From assembly GCA_963668315.1 (NCBI GenBank), contig OY764216.1:1952001-2016000 (forward strand): 64,000 nucleotides of DNA, written 5' to 3'. Source of the stretch: Spirochaetia bacterium (GTDB taxonomy: Bacteria > Spirochaetota > Spirochaetia > DSM-2461). The translations under genes were made by a program, and so were the position numbers. The notes under the pieces are model-generated. The model made no database searches and was not told the origin of the DNA. It saw only the letters and a program-made list of their open reading frames with translations. How positions within the stretch are numbered: the stretch's first letter is position 1; each line of letters begins with the position of its first letter. Below, one piece after another: positions 28,720 to 38,263 of the stretch.

Positions 28720-31700
28720 ATGACCCTATCCCTCAGCATCGCCGATTTAGCCCACCGCTATCCCACGGATATCGTCAACCGGGGAATCGAGCTCTATAAC
28801 CAGGACCGGGTAGGGGATCTCTACTTCGAAGAGGGAAGAGTCGAATCGGAAGTCGAGGAAGCAGGCGATATTTTCTACCCCCGGGTCAGCCTGAACAACC
28901 GGGGTATCCCTGTCGATACGGACTGTTCCTGCACCCTCTGCGAGGAAGGGGGACTCTGTTTCCATATCACAGCCCTTCTTGTCAAACTTATCAATGAAAA
29001 AGTACAGCTCGTCTCTCTGCCGGAAAGGATCCCGGGGGCTGAAATCCTCCGTGAGGAGAGGTTTGACGATTTTCCCGTATCCCCCATGGAACGGGGACTG
29101 GTCAGTGAAAGTCTTATGCCCCTGGCGTCCTGGGAGGCCGAAGAGAACCTTCCCGTTACCTCCCCCCGCGAACAGGGCGGGGAGGATAGGGACATTCCCG
29201 GAAGGGAGAGGTGGAAGGGCGTACTGAACCTGAGAAAACGGGGGGACGAATGGCGGGTCACCCCGGCGCTCCTCTATATTAAGAAGGACGGAACCTACGG
29301 CCGGCTGGACAGGAACTTCAACCTCGCCCGCATAACCGAACCGCTCTCATCCCGGGAACGGGAGCTCTTTCCCTTGTTTGAAATGATGGCTTACGGAGGC
29401 GAAGAAGGGGTCCCCTTTGAAAAAACGGCCCGCTTCCTTCTGGGACAGGCGGAAGAGATTACCCTGGTGGATGACGGAGGGGAGCCCTTCCGCCTTACCA
29501 GGGCCGACCGGCTCGGCCTCTCCTTTGATCCGGTGGTTTTTCCCGCCGAGGGGCGGGGCGAGGAGCAGATGCTGTTCTCCCCCGAATTTCTGCTGCCCGC
29601 CCGGAAGGAGAGGGAGCCCTTTCCCCTGGAGAACACCCTTGCCTTTATGGGAGATTCTCTTTTCCTTGTCAGGGAAAGGGGAGCGGAAATCCTGCGTTAC
29701 GATACGGAGGGTAAGGGGGACCTCATCGGTTTTCTCCTGTCCCGCAGGGATAAACCGCTGACCCCGGCTGAAATCCGTTCATTTCGAAACTCCTGGGGAT
29801 CTTCCTTCGACGACCGCCTTCAATGGGAATTTACCCCCCGGGAGATCCGCCGGTTGAATATTACCCCCGTCACTGTTCTTTCCGGTTACGACACGGGAAC
29901 GGGAGGATGCGCTTTCAGGCTATCCTTTGATTACGGAGAAAGGGGCGTATTCTTCCATGACCGGAATCCGGCCCGCAGCCGCCATCAGGCTCCCCTGCGC
30001 TGCCGGGACGAGGAAACGGAGGAAACCCTTGTCCTTTTCCGGCGGAACTATCCCCTGGAAGGGGAAATCCACCGCTGGCTTGAGAACTGGTTCCTTACCC
30101 TTTTCGGAACACCTCCCTATGATTCGCCGCTGAGCCGTCTCCGCGGCGGGTACGACTTCCTCGTACAGAAGAGCCTGACCGATTTCCTCATGGAACGGGC
30201 CGATGAGCTTCTTGACCGCGGCATCGAGCTCAGGCTGGAGAAGCAGAAGGGACGGATCCGCAAAAAGAGCGGGGGCGTCTGGCAGTTCCGCGGTACCGCC
30301 TATCGGGAGTGGCTTTCCCTCTCCCTTACCAATACCGATGAGGATCTGGGACAGGTGGATCTGGAGGAGTTCCTTCAGGGGGGAATGCTCCGGGCGGGTT
30401 CGGATCTGATCATAATCTCCTCGGACGAGAGGGAGAAGCTGAAGGCGATTCTGGAAAAGGGCGAGCTGGAAGAGGGGAAGCTGATTCTCTCTCCCTACGA
30501 TTACGAGGCTCTGGACGGCATCGAAGAGTCCTTCGGGTTTTCCGAAGAGGATGACTTGGTTCGGATCAAGGAGCGGGCCGATCGGCTTAAGGATTTCACC
30601 CGGATAGAGGAAATGCCCCTTCCCCGTGATTTTCAGGGAACGCTCCGGCCCTATCAGAAAGGCGGTTTCGATTGGCTGCATTTTCTGAGTCGCTACGGAT
30701 TGGGCGGCTGTCTGGCCGATGACATGGGCCTGGGAAAGACGGTGCAGACCCTCTGTTTTCTGCAGAGCCTCAAGGAGGAAGGCCGATTGGGCCAGGCCCT
30801 TCTGCTGGCCCCTGTGACCACCCTGCCCAACTGGAAAAGGGAAGCGGAGAAGTTTACCCCCTCCCTTGTCGCCGTCATCCACCAGGGCGGGGGGCGCAGC
30901 CGGACCAGGGAGGACCTCTCCCATGCCGATCTTGTCCTTTCCAGCTATCAGACCTTTCTGCGCGATGCGGACTGGATGAGGGAGGAACAGTGGCGGTATC
31001 TCATCCTTGACGAAGCCCAGGCTGTCAAGAACTGGCAGTCAAAGACACGCCACGCCGTAAAGGCCATTCAGGCTGATTTCCGCTTGGCCCTGACCGGCAC
31101 GCCCGTGGAGAACGGCATGGTTGAGCTCTGGTCCCTTTTTGATCTGCTGGAGCCGGGACTGCTGGGAACCCTGGATATGTTCCGCCGCCGTTATCAGATA
31201 CCCATGGAAAGGGACGGGGATAAAAGCCGTACCGATGAGCTGAGGCGGAGGGTGGCTCCCCTGATGCTCCGGAGGAAGAAGGAAGAGGTCCTGACCGATC
31301 TGCCCGAGAAGGAAGAGACCCTGGTGTGGCTGGAAATGGGAGATGATCAGAGGAGCGTATACGATAAGGCGCGAAAAGGCTTTCTGGCCCTTATCGAGGA
31401 GACCCTGAAGGATAAGGAAGTCACCCAGGCGGCGATGGAAATCCTCACCGCCCTGCTGCGCCTGAGACAGCTGGCCGTGGCTCCCCGTCTGGCCGACAGC
31501 GGCTATGAGGAAATCGGCTCATGCAAAATGGATTTCCTGGAGTACTTCCTCGATGATCTGGAAGCGGAGAACCATAAAGTCCTGATCTTCAGTCAGTTTG
31601 TATCGGCCCTGAAGATCGTCGCCGGACAGATGGACCGCCGGGGATTCTCCTATGCCTACCTGGACGGTTCCACCCGGGACAGGGAGGGGGAGATAAACCG

Positions 31701-32025
31701 TTTTCAGGACGAGGGGGGACCTTCGGTATTTCTGATCAGCCTGAAGGCCGGCGGGGTAGGTATCAATCTGACCGCCGCCGATTATGTCGTACTTCTCGAT
31801 CCCTGGTGGAATCCGGCAGTGGAGAATCAGGCGGTTGACCGGGCTCACCGCATAGGACAGAAACGATCCGTCATGGTATACAAGCCCATCGTCAAGGACA
31901 CGGTGGAGGAGAAGATCCTGGAGCTTCAGGAGAGCAAGAAACACCTGTCCGCCGAACTGATCAGCGAAGACCAGGGTTTCCTCAAATCCCTGACCCGAGA
32001 GGAAGTGGCGTCTCTGTTTCGCTAA
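28720..32025 (+). CDS. SWIM zinc-finger SNF2-family helicase
   Basis: CSC...C.H SWIM; LRPYQ, LADDMGLGKT, LDEAQ, LTGTPVEN, SLKAGGVGINL, QAVDRAHRIGQ. Confidence 0.94.
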   Translation: MTLSLSIADLAHRYPTDIVNRGIELYNQDRVGDLYFEEGRVESEVEEAGDIFYPRVSLNNRGIPVDTDCSCTLCEEGGLCFHITALLVKLINEKVQLVSLPERIPGAEILREERFDDFPVSPMERGLVSESLMPLASWEAEENLPVTSPREQGGEDRDIPGRERWKGVLNLRKRGDEWRVTPALLYIKKDGTYGRLDRNFNLARITEPLSSRERELFPLFEMMAYGGEEGVPFEKTARFLLGQAEEITLVDDGGEPFRLTRADRLGLSFDPVVFPAEGRGEEQMLFSPEFLLPARKEREPFPLENTLAFMGDSLFLVRERGAEILRYDTEGKGDLIGFLLSRRDKPLTPAEIRSFRNSWGSSFDDRLQWEFTPREIRRLNITPVTVLSGYDTGTGGCAFRLSFDYGERGVFFHDRNPARSRHQAPLRCRDEETEETLVLFRRNYPLEGEIHRWLENWFLTLFGTPPYDSPLSRLRGGYDFLVQKSLTDFLMERADELLDRGIELRLEKQKGRIRKKSGGVWQFRGTAYREWLSLSLTNTDEDLGQVDLEEFLQGGMLRAGSDLIIISSDEREKLKAILEKGELEEGKLILSPYDYEALDGIEESFGFSEEDDLVRIKERADRLKDFTRIEEMPLPRDFQGTLRPYQKGGFDWLHFLSRYGLGGCLADDMGLGKTVQTLCFLQSLKEEGRLGQALLLAPVTTLPNWKREAEKFTPSLVAVIHQGGGRSRTREDLSHADLVLSSYQTFLRDADWMREEQWRYLILDEAQAVKNWQSKTRHAVKAIQADFRLALTGTPVENGMVELWSLFDLLEPGLLGTLDMFRRRYQIPMERDGDKSRTDELRRRVAPLMLRRKKEEVLTDLPEKEETLVWLEMGDDQRSVYDKARKGFLALIEETLKDKEVTQAAMEILTALLRLRQLAVAPRLADSGYEEIGSCKMDFLEYFLDDLEAENHKVLIFSQFVSALKIVAGQMDRRGFSYAYLDGSTRDREGEINRFQDEGGPSVFLISLKAGGVGINLTAADYVVLLDPWWNPAVENQAVDRAHRIGQKRSVMVYKPIVKDTVEEKILELQESKKHLSAELISEDQGFLKSLTREEVASLFR

Positions 32026-32572
32026 ACCGGGATTTTTCGCTGGCCAGCCCCCCGATGAGCAGGGGAATGTAGCAGACATAGGCATCTTCCTCGTCCCGAT
32101 TGTAAATGCAGCCCAGAATCAGTGAGAAAAACATGCCGGAAATGACCCGGGCCGATGAGTCCGTACGCACCCAGCCCTCATCCTGGCCTGTTTTTATAAA
32201 ACGGGACATTTTGCTTTTTATCTGACCGTAGTTCTTCCGGTAAAGCTCCTCCAGTTCGGAGTTATGTATTTCCTTGCGCGAGCGGAATATTTCGGTGGTG
32301 TTTATCACTTCATCCAGATAGGACAGGAGCTTCTGCACCCTTTCCTGAAAGGGCAGGTCCATATCTATGATGCTCTCCATTCGGCTGATTCTGCTTTGAA
32401 AGAAGTACTTGACCATTTGATCTATGAGTTCCTCTTTAGACTGGAAGTGGTTATAGAGTGTCTTCCGGGATACATCCAGATCCTGGGAGAGGGCGGCCAT
32501 ACTGAAATTCCTATTCTTGAGAAAATAGTTGACCATACCATCGAGCAGATTCTCTTTTTTTTCTTTCTTCAT
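31982..32572 (-). CDS. TetR/AcrR-family transcriptional regulator
   Basis: SMAALSQDLDVSRKTLYNHFQSKEEL HTH. Confidence 0.88.
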   Translation of the reverse strand: MKKEKKENLLDGMVNYFLKNRNFSMAALSQDLDVSRKTLYNHFQSKEELIDQMVKYFFQSRISRMESIIDMDLPFQERVQKLLSYLDEVINTTEIFRSRKEIHNSELEELYRKNYGQIKSKMSRFIKTGQDEGWVRTDSSARVISGMFFSLILGCIYNRDEEDAYVCYIPLLIGGLASEKSRFSETETPLPLGSGI

Positions 32573-32721
32573 CCTTTTTCTTCTCCCTGCCTTACACAGG
32601 TTATAATGGAAATGAGTAAAAATACCCTATTTCTATTGGGCCTCTTAGTCAAGTGAGTCTGGGGAAAATCGAGAAGGCGACGGGGAAAAATGTGTAAAAA
32701 TAGAAAAGCCGGGAATATGGG

Positions 32722-32750
32722 TTGACAATTTTTACGCCTTAGTATATCTT
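32722..32750 (+). promoter_or_regulatory. sigma70 promoter of the tRNA-Ser/Arg/SRP cluster
   Basis: TTGACA (32722-32727), 17 bp, TATCTT (32745-32750). Confidence 0.7.
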
Positions 32751-32776
32751 AGCCTACCGGGAATACCCATGGTTAT

Positions 32777-32861
32777 GGAGGGGTGTCCGAGCGGTTGAAG
32801 GAACTGGTCTTGAAAACCAGCGTAGGGAGACCTACCGTGGGTTCGAATCCCACCTCCTCCG
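32777..32861 (+). tRNA. tRNA-Ser (TGA)
   Basis: GGAGGGG acceptor, CTGGT-CTTGAAA-ACCAG, long variable arm, G73. Confidence 0.95.
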
Positions 32862-32957
32862 ATATGTTCCGGGACATTTTGTTTCCCGGAGATTCGGCGC
32901 GAGCCGATGGTAAAAAAGGATTTTTCATATCCCCTTCGGGATGTGTGAGATAACAAT

Positions 32958-33044
32958 GGAGAGGTGACCGAGCGGCCGAAGGTGGCACCCTGCTAAGGTG
33001 TTGTACGGGTAACCGTACCGAGGGTTCAAATCCCTCCCTCTCCG
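32958..33044 (+). tRNA. tRNA-Ser (GCT)
   Basis: GGAGAGG acceptor, CACC-CTGCTAA-GGTG, long variable arm. Confidence 0.95.
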
Positions 33045-33101
33045 ATCGGAAGTGAGAGGACTTTGTGAGCTTGGTGATTGTGACTCTCTCCTTCCAAATG
33101 A

Positions 33102-33175
33102 GTGCCCATAGCTCAGCTGGATAGAGCATTAGATTGCGGATCTAAAGGTCGGAGGTTCGAATCCTCTTGGGCATA
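33102..33175 (+). tRNA. tRNA-Arg (GCG)
   Basis: GTGCCCATAGCTCAGCTGGATAGAGC; anticodon arm TTAGA-TTGCGGA-TCTAA. Confidence 0.93.
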
Positions 33176-33184
33176 TGAGCTGTT

Positions 33185-33272
33185 GGAGAGATGCGAGAGC
33201 GGTTGAATCGGGCGGACTCGAAATCCGTTGTACAGTCTTGCTGTACCGAGGGTTCGAATCCCTCTCTCTCCG
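33185..33272 (+). tRNA. tRNA-Ser (CGA)
   Basis: GGAGAGA acceptor, GCGGA-CTCGAAA-TCCGT, long variable arm. Confidence 0.95.
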
Positions 33273-33410
33273 AAAGGGTGAAAATTTCACCCTATGGAAA
33301 GAGGGAATTATGGTTCTCGCGATCCGACAGAAGCTGGATTTATTCAGCTTCAAATCCGGAAAAGACGGGTTTATCCTGTCTTCGACGGCATAAAAGTATA
33401 GTTTTTTTTG

Positions 33411-33495
<85 letters not shown>

Positions 33496-33502
33496 TATTT
33501 TA

Positions 33503-33602
33503 CCCTTCAGGCCCCGTGCAATTGGTTATCGCCCAACCGGGTCAGGTCCGGAAGGAAGCAGCCCTCAGCGACCGATCAATGTGCCACGGATCGCTTGAGG
33601 GG
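33503..33602 (+). ncRNA. ffs: Signal recognition particle 4.5S RNA
   Basis: Domain IV signature TCAGGTCCGGAAGGAAGCAGC inside a ~100-nt hairpin closed by CCCTTCAG/TTGAGGGG and followed by T8. Confidence 0.93.
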
Positions 33603-33653
33603 TTTTTTTTATTCTGCCGTATACCCTTTTCGGGAGCGGCCTTATTTCCATTG

Positions 33654-34139
33654 TCAGTCGAATCTCTTCTCATACTCATACAGCGTGAAACGGCTCTCCA
33701 GTTTTCCGGTACCCACCGATCCTATTCTCTTTTCCCCTGTCTTGACGAATCCGTTTTTTTCATAAAAATGATGATTCCTGTAGCTTTTGTAGGGGGTATC
33801 CAGGCTGATTTTTCTGCACCCGGCCGTCAGCTTTTCCATCTCTCCCAGGAGGATTGTCCCCAGGCCACTGTTCTGATTCTCCCTGTCGATCCAGAGTCTC
33901 ATTAATCTATACTCCCCAGCCTTAATCTGCTGAAGGTACATCCCTCCGATAATTACCTTCCCGAGATAGAAGGTATAGCATAGATCATCCTTTATGCGGT
34001 TTTCAATTTCTGGTTCGGGAGTCTCTCCGTAAGGTGCTTCTCCGTAGAGTACCGCATCTTCCTCAAAGGCGTCTTTCATCGTTTCCGCCAGTTCCGTGAT
34101 CTCATGGTAAGCTGATTTTCTGACAGCAAGGTGATCCAT
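33654..34139 (-). CDS. GNAT-family N-acetyltransferase
   Basis: LWID..NQNSGLG acetyl-CoA motif, N..FYEKNGF; directly follows the response regulator. Confidence 0.85.
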   Translation of the reverse strand: MDHLAVRKSAYHEITELAETMKDAFEEDAVLYGEAPYGETPEPEIENRIKDDLCYTFYLGKVIIGGMYLQQIKAGEYRLMRLWIDRENQNSGLGTILLGEMEKLTAGCRKISLDTPYKSYRNHHFYEKNGFVKTGEKRIGSVGTGKLESRFTLYEYEKRFD

Positions 34140-35483
34140 TTATAACTCCAGTCCGTATTCCTGAATTTTGTAGATAATCGTCCGACGGGATATTCCCAGT
34201 TCTCCCGCCGCCTTCGTCCTGTTTCCTTCCCAGCGGTGGAGGGCTTCTATTATGGCAATTTTCTCCCGTTCCTTCAGGGTGAGGCTCTCTGTCCGGGAAA
34301 TGGGTACAGGCCGGTCGGTTTTCTCTTTCGTCAGGGAAAGGCGGGGAATATCCAGATCCTCGGACATAAGCAGTTCCTTCTCTGTGAATATCAGGCTTCG
34401 TTCCAGGATGTTTTCCAGCTCCCGGATATTGCCGGGAAAGGAGTAGTTCAGAAGCTTGTCCACCGCTTCCGGGCTCAGGTCTCTCACGGCCCGGCCCATG
34501 CGGCGGTTAAGCTTCTGGATTATGAGAACCGTCAGGGGGATTATATCCTCCCGTCTCTCGCGCAGAGGGGGAAGGGCAAGGCGGACTACATTAAGGCGGT
34601 AGTAAAGGTCTTCCCTGAAACGGCCTTCCCTGACTTCCTCTTCCAGATCGCGGTTCGTTGCGGCCACGATCCTCACATCTATGGGAATATCCTGTATTCC
34701 CCCCAGACGGCGTACCTTGCGTTCCTGGAGGACCCTTAAGAGCTTAACCTGCAGGGAGAGGGGCATGTCACCGATCTCATCCAGAAAAAGCGTTCCCCCC
34801 ACCGCTGTTTCAAAGAGCCCCAGCTTTCTTGATTCCGCCCCGGTGAACGCTCCCTTCTCATACCCGAAGAGTTCGCTCTCCAGGAGATTTTCCGGGACGC
34901 CCCCGATATTAATGGCGACGAAGGGCCCCTGGGACACGGGGGAGAGTTCGTGGATATGGCGGGCCGTCACCTCCTTTCCCGAACCGCTTTCCCCGGTTAT
35001 GAGAATATTGGAAAGTGTTTTCGCCGCCTTATTGAGAAGAATATCCAGTTTTTTCATAACCGGCGACTGGGATATGAAATTCTCTTCATCCCTCAGCTTC
35101 TCCTTCTCTATGAGTTTCCGCCCCCGGCGGAATTCGCCCAGCCGGGTTATTCTGAAGATCAGTTCATCCATATTAAAGGGTTTGGTAATGTAATCGTAAG
35201 CCCCTTTTTTCATGGCTTCCACGGCATCGTTTATCTGGCCGTGGGCAGAAATCATGATGACCGGCAGACTCAGGTCTTCGCCCTTTATCCATTCAAGGAG
35301 TTCATTCCCGTCCATTCCGGGCATTTTCAGATCCAGAACCGCCGCGTCGTAGTAGTTCTCTCTCATCATCCTCTGGGCCGAAAGGCCGTTCTCCGCGCCG
35401 TCGGCCCGGTGTCCTTCCAGCTCCATATACTTGATAAGGGTTTCCCGGATGTTTTTTTCATCGTCTGCGATCAGTATTTTCAT
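34140..35483 (-). CDS. sigma54-dependent response regulator (NtrC/AtoC/ZraR type)
   Basis: REC (ADDE, LDLKMP, KP), GESGSGKE, GAFTGA, YRLNV, PGNIREL, Fis HTH. Confidence 0.94.
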   Translation of the reverse strand: MKILIADDEKNIRETLIKYMELEGHRADGAENGLSAQRMMRENYYDAAVLDLKMPGMDGNELLEWIKGEDLSLPVIMISAHGQINDAVEAMKKGAYDYITKPFNMDELIFRITRLGEFRRGRKLIEKEKLRDEENFISQSPVMKKLDILLNKAAKTLSNILITGESGSGKEVTARHIHELSPVSQGPFVAINIGGVPENLLESELFGYEKGAFTGAESRKLGLFETAVGGTLFLDEIGDMPLSLQVKLLRVLQERKVRRLGGIQDIPIDVRIVAATNRDLEEEVREGRFREDLYYRLNVVRLALPPLRERREDIIPLTVLIIQKLNRRMGRAVRDLSPEAVDKLLNYSFPGNIRELENILERSLIFTEKELLMSEDLDIPRLSLTKEKTDRPVPISRTESLTLKEREKIAIIEALHRWEGNRTKAAGELGISRRTIIYKIQEYGLEL

Positions 35484-36799
35484 TTATGCCTCTTCAGTAT
35501 CACGGTAATCTCGGTTCCCTTTCCCTCTTCCGATCTGATGCGTATGGTTCCGCCCGCCGCTTCTATGAAACGCTTGGTGACGGCCAGCCCCACGCCGGAA
35601 CCGCGGGATTTGCTGGTGAAGAAGGGGTCGAAAATCTTTTTCAGATGCTCTTCGGGAATTCCCAGCCCCCTGTCTTTCACGCGGATTCCCGTTTTTCCGC
35701 CGGAAAGTTCCAAGTATATATGAATATTATGGAATTCCGAACCGCTTTCCAGTGCATTGTTCACCAGATTGTCGATGACCGATCGGAATCTCTCCCTGTC
35801 CATCATAAGGGTCGCCGAAGAGGCGGGGATATGCCAGTTCAGTTCGGAGGGGAAGCGGAGGCGGGCCTTATCCAGTTCCCGCGCCGGATCCAGGCTTTCG
35901 CTGATTCCCTGGGGATCCTTGAGAAAGTCGGATATCCAGGAGATGAGGGAGGTCATCCTTTCCACTTCGCTCCGGATGATATGGGTCTCCCTCGCTACCG
36001 TGTCTCCGGTCAGTTTATTAATAAGGGGAAGCTGGAGGTAAATGGAGCCGAGGGGGTTTTTCATTTCATGGGATATCGTCCTTACCGCCGTTCCGAGCAG
36101 CACCAGGTTTTTCTGTTCGTTCAGCTGTCTCTGACTCTTCATGAACCGGTGGAATATGACGGCCGATCCCGATGTGAAGACGGCCAGAAGCAGGGGGACC
36201 AGGGTTATCATGAGAAGCATATTGTTCCTGACCGGATTGTTGCGGCTGTACCAGTAATCATCGGATTTAATATAGAGAATAATCCATTCGTCGTCGTTGA
36301 TGGTATCCAGGCTGTGGCGGAATATATCCAGCGATTCCACCAGCGGCCGGGGAAGGGGGAAATGGGGTTCCGAATTCTCCCTGTCCCCCTCTTCCACCGA
36401 GAAAACCCTCTGGTTGGGACGGGTGAGGGGAGGGACGGCTCTGATATAGGTCAGGGACTTGTCCTCCCGGCCGTAGCTGATATGGAGCCTGTCGTCGATG
36501 GCAAAATCCTCCAGGTAAGGGGGCACATGGCCATGGGCAAAAACGGACTTGCCGGCGGCGTCGAAAATTCCGATACCCTGAATATTCTCTTCCAGCCAGC
36601 TGTTCTTTTCCGAATTATGCAGAAAGTAATTGATGCTGAAGTCCGTCAGCTGCCTCTCCACGTACTGCTCCATCTGGTATTTGCCTATCTCCCGGACCGT
36701 CCGCGCATAGATCATGAGGACCGAAACCGTTATGACAAAGAGGAGAACCATGGCCAGGTCATAGAGAAGTTCGGGGAAATTGTATCTGTTTCTGTTCAA
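35480..36799 (-). CDS. Two-component sensor histidine kinase (2 TM, periplasmic domain)
   Basis: ISHEMKNPL H-box, NLVNNA, DRGLG, FDPFFTSK, GSGVGL; TTG start with GGAG RBS. Confidence 0.92.
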   Translation of the reverse strand: MNRNRYNFPELLYDLAMVLLFVITVSVLMIYARTVREIGKYQMEQYVERQLTDFSINYFLHNSEKNSWLEENIQGIGIFDAAGKSVFAHGHVPPYLEDFAIDDRLHISYGREDKSLTYIRAVPPLTRPNQRVFSVEEGDRENSEPHFPLPRPLVESLDIFRHSLDTINDDEWIILYIKSDDYWYSRNNPVRNNMLLMITLVPLLLAVFTSGSAVIFHRFMKSQRQLNEQKNLVLLGTAVRTISHEMKNPLGSIYLQLPLINKLTGDTVARETHIIRSEVERMTSLISWISDFLKDPQGISESLDPARELDKARLRFPSELNWHIPASSATLMMDRERFRSVIDNLVNNALESGSEFHNIHIYLELSGGKTGIRVKDRGLGIPEEHLKKIFDPFFTSKSRGSGVGLAVTKRFIEAAGGTIRIRSEEGKGTEITVILKRHK

Positions 36800-36826
36800 T
36801 TGAGTACTCCTGATTCTCTCCTGTAA

Positions 36827-36842
36827 TGCAAGAAGCTTGCCG
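36827..36842 (-). promoter_or_regulatory. sigma54 (-24/-12) promoter of the HK-RR-GNAT operon
   Basis: Minus strand CGGCAA-GCTTC-TTGCA (GG-N10-GC), placed correctly before the RBS and TTG. Confidence 0.65.
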
Positions 36843-36922
36843 TTTCCCGTGCAAAAAATTCCCGGTTTAACGGATATCCGAGTAAATAATGCGCAGTAAA
36901 AAGATACCGGTATGCAAAAATA

Positions 36923-38074
36923 TTACAGCAGATCCCACATCACTTTCTGATCCAGATTCACCGGGCGACGATTGTCCGCCAGCCTTCTTGTCAGGTAGTC
37001 CCTGTCCAGTTCCAGTTTCTCCACAAGGCGGATAAGCTGGTCCTCGGTCAGAAGATTCTGTTCGGCGAAGAGAAAAATCAGCGCCCGTTCGGCGATAAGG
37101 GGAACTTTGAGGGCGTTCAGGTTGACGCGCAGTTCCTCGTCCCGGTCGTATCTCTCATGAAGCTGTATATAGAGCTGGGAGGCGGGGAGATTGTTCTTTA
37201 TATTGTACAGTTCCTCAAGCAGGGGATCGATCTCTCCCGAAGCGGCCTTTTCTCCCAGGGGTTTCAGGGTCAGATAGGTGTACTCCTTTCCGGGGAGGTA
37301 GTGATGCTTGTCGCAGCGGGTGCAGTAGTTCGGCTCCAGGGGGCTGTCCTTGTGGGAGTCTCCCCCCACGATGATCAGCGGATCGAAGAAGAGGGCCGGA
37401 CACTCGACGCCGTTGACGGAGTAGTAGCGGTAAGTGTAGAAGGAGTCGACGATGCAGTCCTCATGCTCGCAGTAGGCTGTCAGGGGAATGATCTCCGTGG
37501 CCGTTTCCAGGAGCAGCCGGGCGGTGTGATTGAAGATGTCCTTGCGGAAATTAAGAATGAGGGTGGGGAAGAGAAAATTCCTGCCCCCCTTTTTGGAGGA
37601 ATTGGTCACCACATAGGCGATCCTCTCGTCATAGAAGGAGGCTTCGTCTATGACCCAGGTCCCGGCGGACGGGGTCTTTTCCAGAATCTCCTCCAGCCCG
37701 AAGGAGTCGGAAATATGGGCTATCGAGTCGCCCAGCCTTTCAAAGCCCCCCCGGTAGGCCAGGGCGTCATCGGGATACTGGGGAAAGCGGCCCTTATCCA
37801 GCATGGAGCGGATAAAGAATACCCGCCTCCTGTCCGCCTGTCCCGTGGTGGTCTGTTCCGCCACTCGGGGAGATTTCTTCAGGGCCACCAGGGAGTCACG
37901 CCAGATCCGGGAGGAAAACTCCGTTTTTCCCGAACCCATGGGGCCGATGACCAGAATCCTCCGGCCGCTCTGGGTAAAATCGAAGTGGTCCAGAGTTTCA
38001 TGTACCATAAGGGCGGGAAATCCCAGGCTCTTGAGAAGAATTTGGGTCTGCTGCTCCATGGGGGTTAACGCCAT
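36923..38074 (-). CDS. tdk: Thymidine kinase (long, spirochaete type)
   Basis: GPMGSGKT P-loop, IDEASF, LNFR..F, Zn ligands C....C / C..C..H, C-terminal helical extension; GAGGAG RBS. Confidence 0.85.
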   Translation of the reverse strand: MALTPMEQQTQILLKSLGFPALMVHETLDHFDFTQSGRRILVIGPMGSGKTEFSSRIWRDSLVALKKSPRVAEQTTTGQADRRRVFFIRSMLDKGRFPQYPDDALAYRGGFERLGDSIAHISDSFGLEEILEKTPSAGTWVIDEASFYDERIAYVVTNSSKKGGRNFLFPTLILNFRKDIFNHTARLLLETATEIIPLTAYCEHEDCIVDSFYTYRYYSVNGVECPALFFDPLIIVGGDSHKDSPLEPNYCTRCDKHHYLPGKEYTYLTLKPLGEKAASGEIDPLLEELYNIKNNLPASQLYIQLHERYDRDEELRVNLNALKVPLIAERALIFLFAEQNLLTEDQLIRLVEKLELDRDYLTRRLADNRRPVNLDQKVMWDLL

Positions 38075-38089
38075 ATAGTCACTCCTCGG

Positions 38090-38263
38090 GCTCCCTGCTG
38101 AGGGGGACCTGTTTATCTTGGGTATAGTGTAGAGGGTCCGGGTTTCTACCGGGTGCGCCTCCTGCGGTTAGAGACCCGAATTACGGGTCCGAACGTGTAA
38201 CCCCTTCCGACGCCTTTCTGCGCGAAGACGGCATAGTGGTAATTAGTCAGCGGAAGAGAGAGC
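38090..38263 (-). ncRNA. Candidate structured RNA (cis-regulatory leader of tdk, family unknown)
   Basis: Long-range closing helix plus a nested rod hairpin; the G-U pairs are satisfied only on the minus strand; TATAAT at 38285-38280 upstream. Confidence 0.45.

Noticed and set aside
28720..32025. SNF2 helicase as a possible anti-phage system component
   Set aside because: SWIM-SNF2 architecture is the common housekeeping type; no DNA methylase, nuclease or other defence genes adjacent
38120..38186. Purine-riboswitch-like GTTTCTACC core on the plus strand
   Set aside because: Lacks the P2 hairpin with ATATGG loop and the CCGTAAA L3 kissing loop; G-U pairing evidence favours the opposite strand
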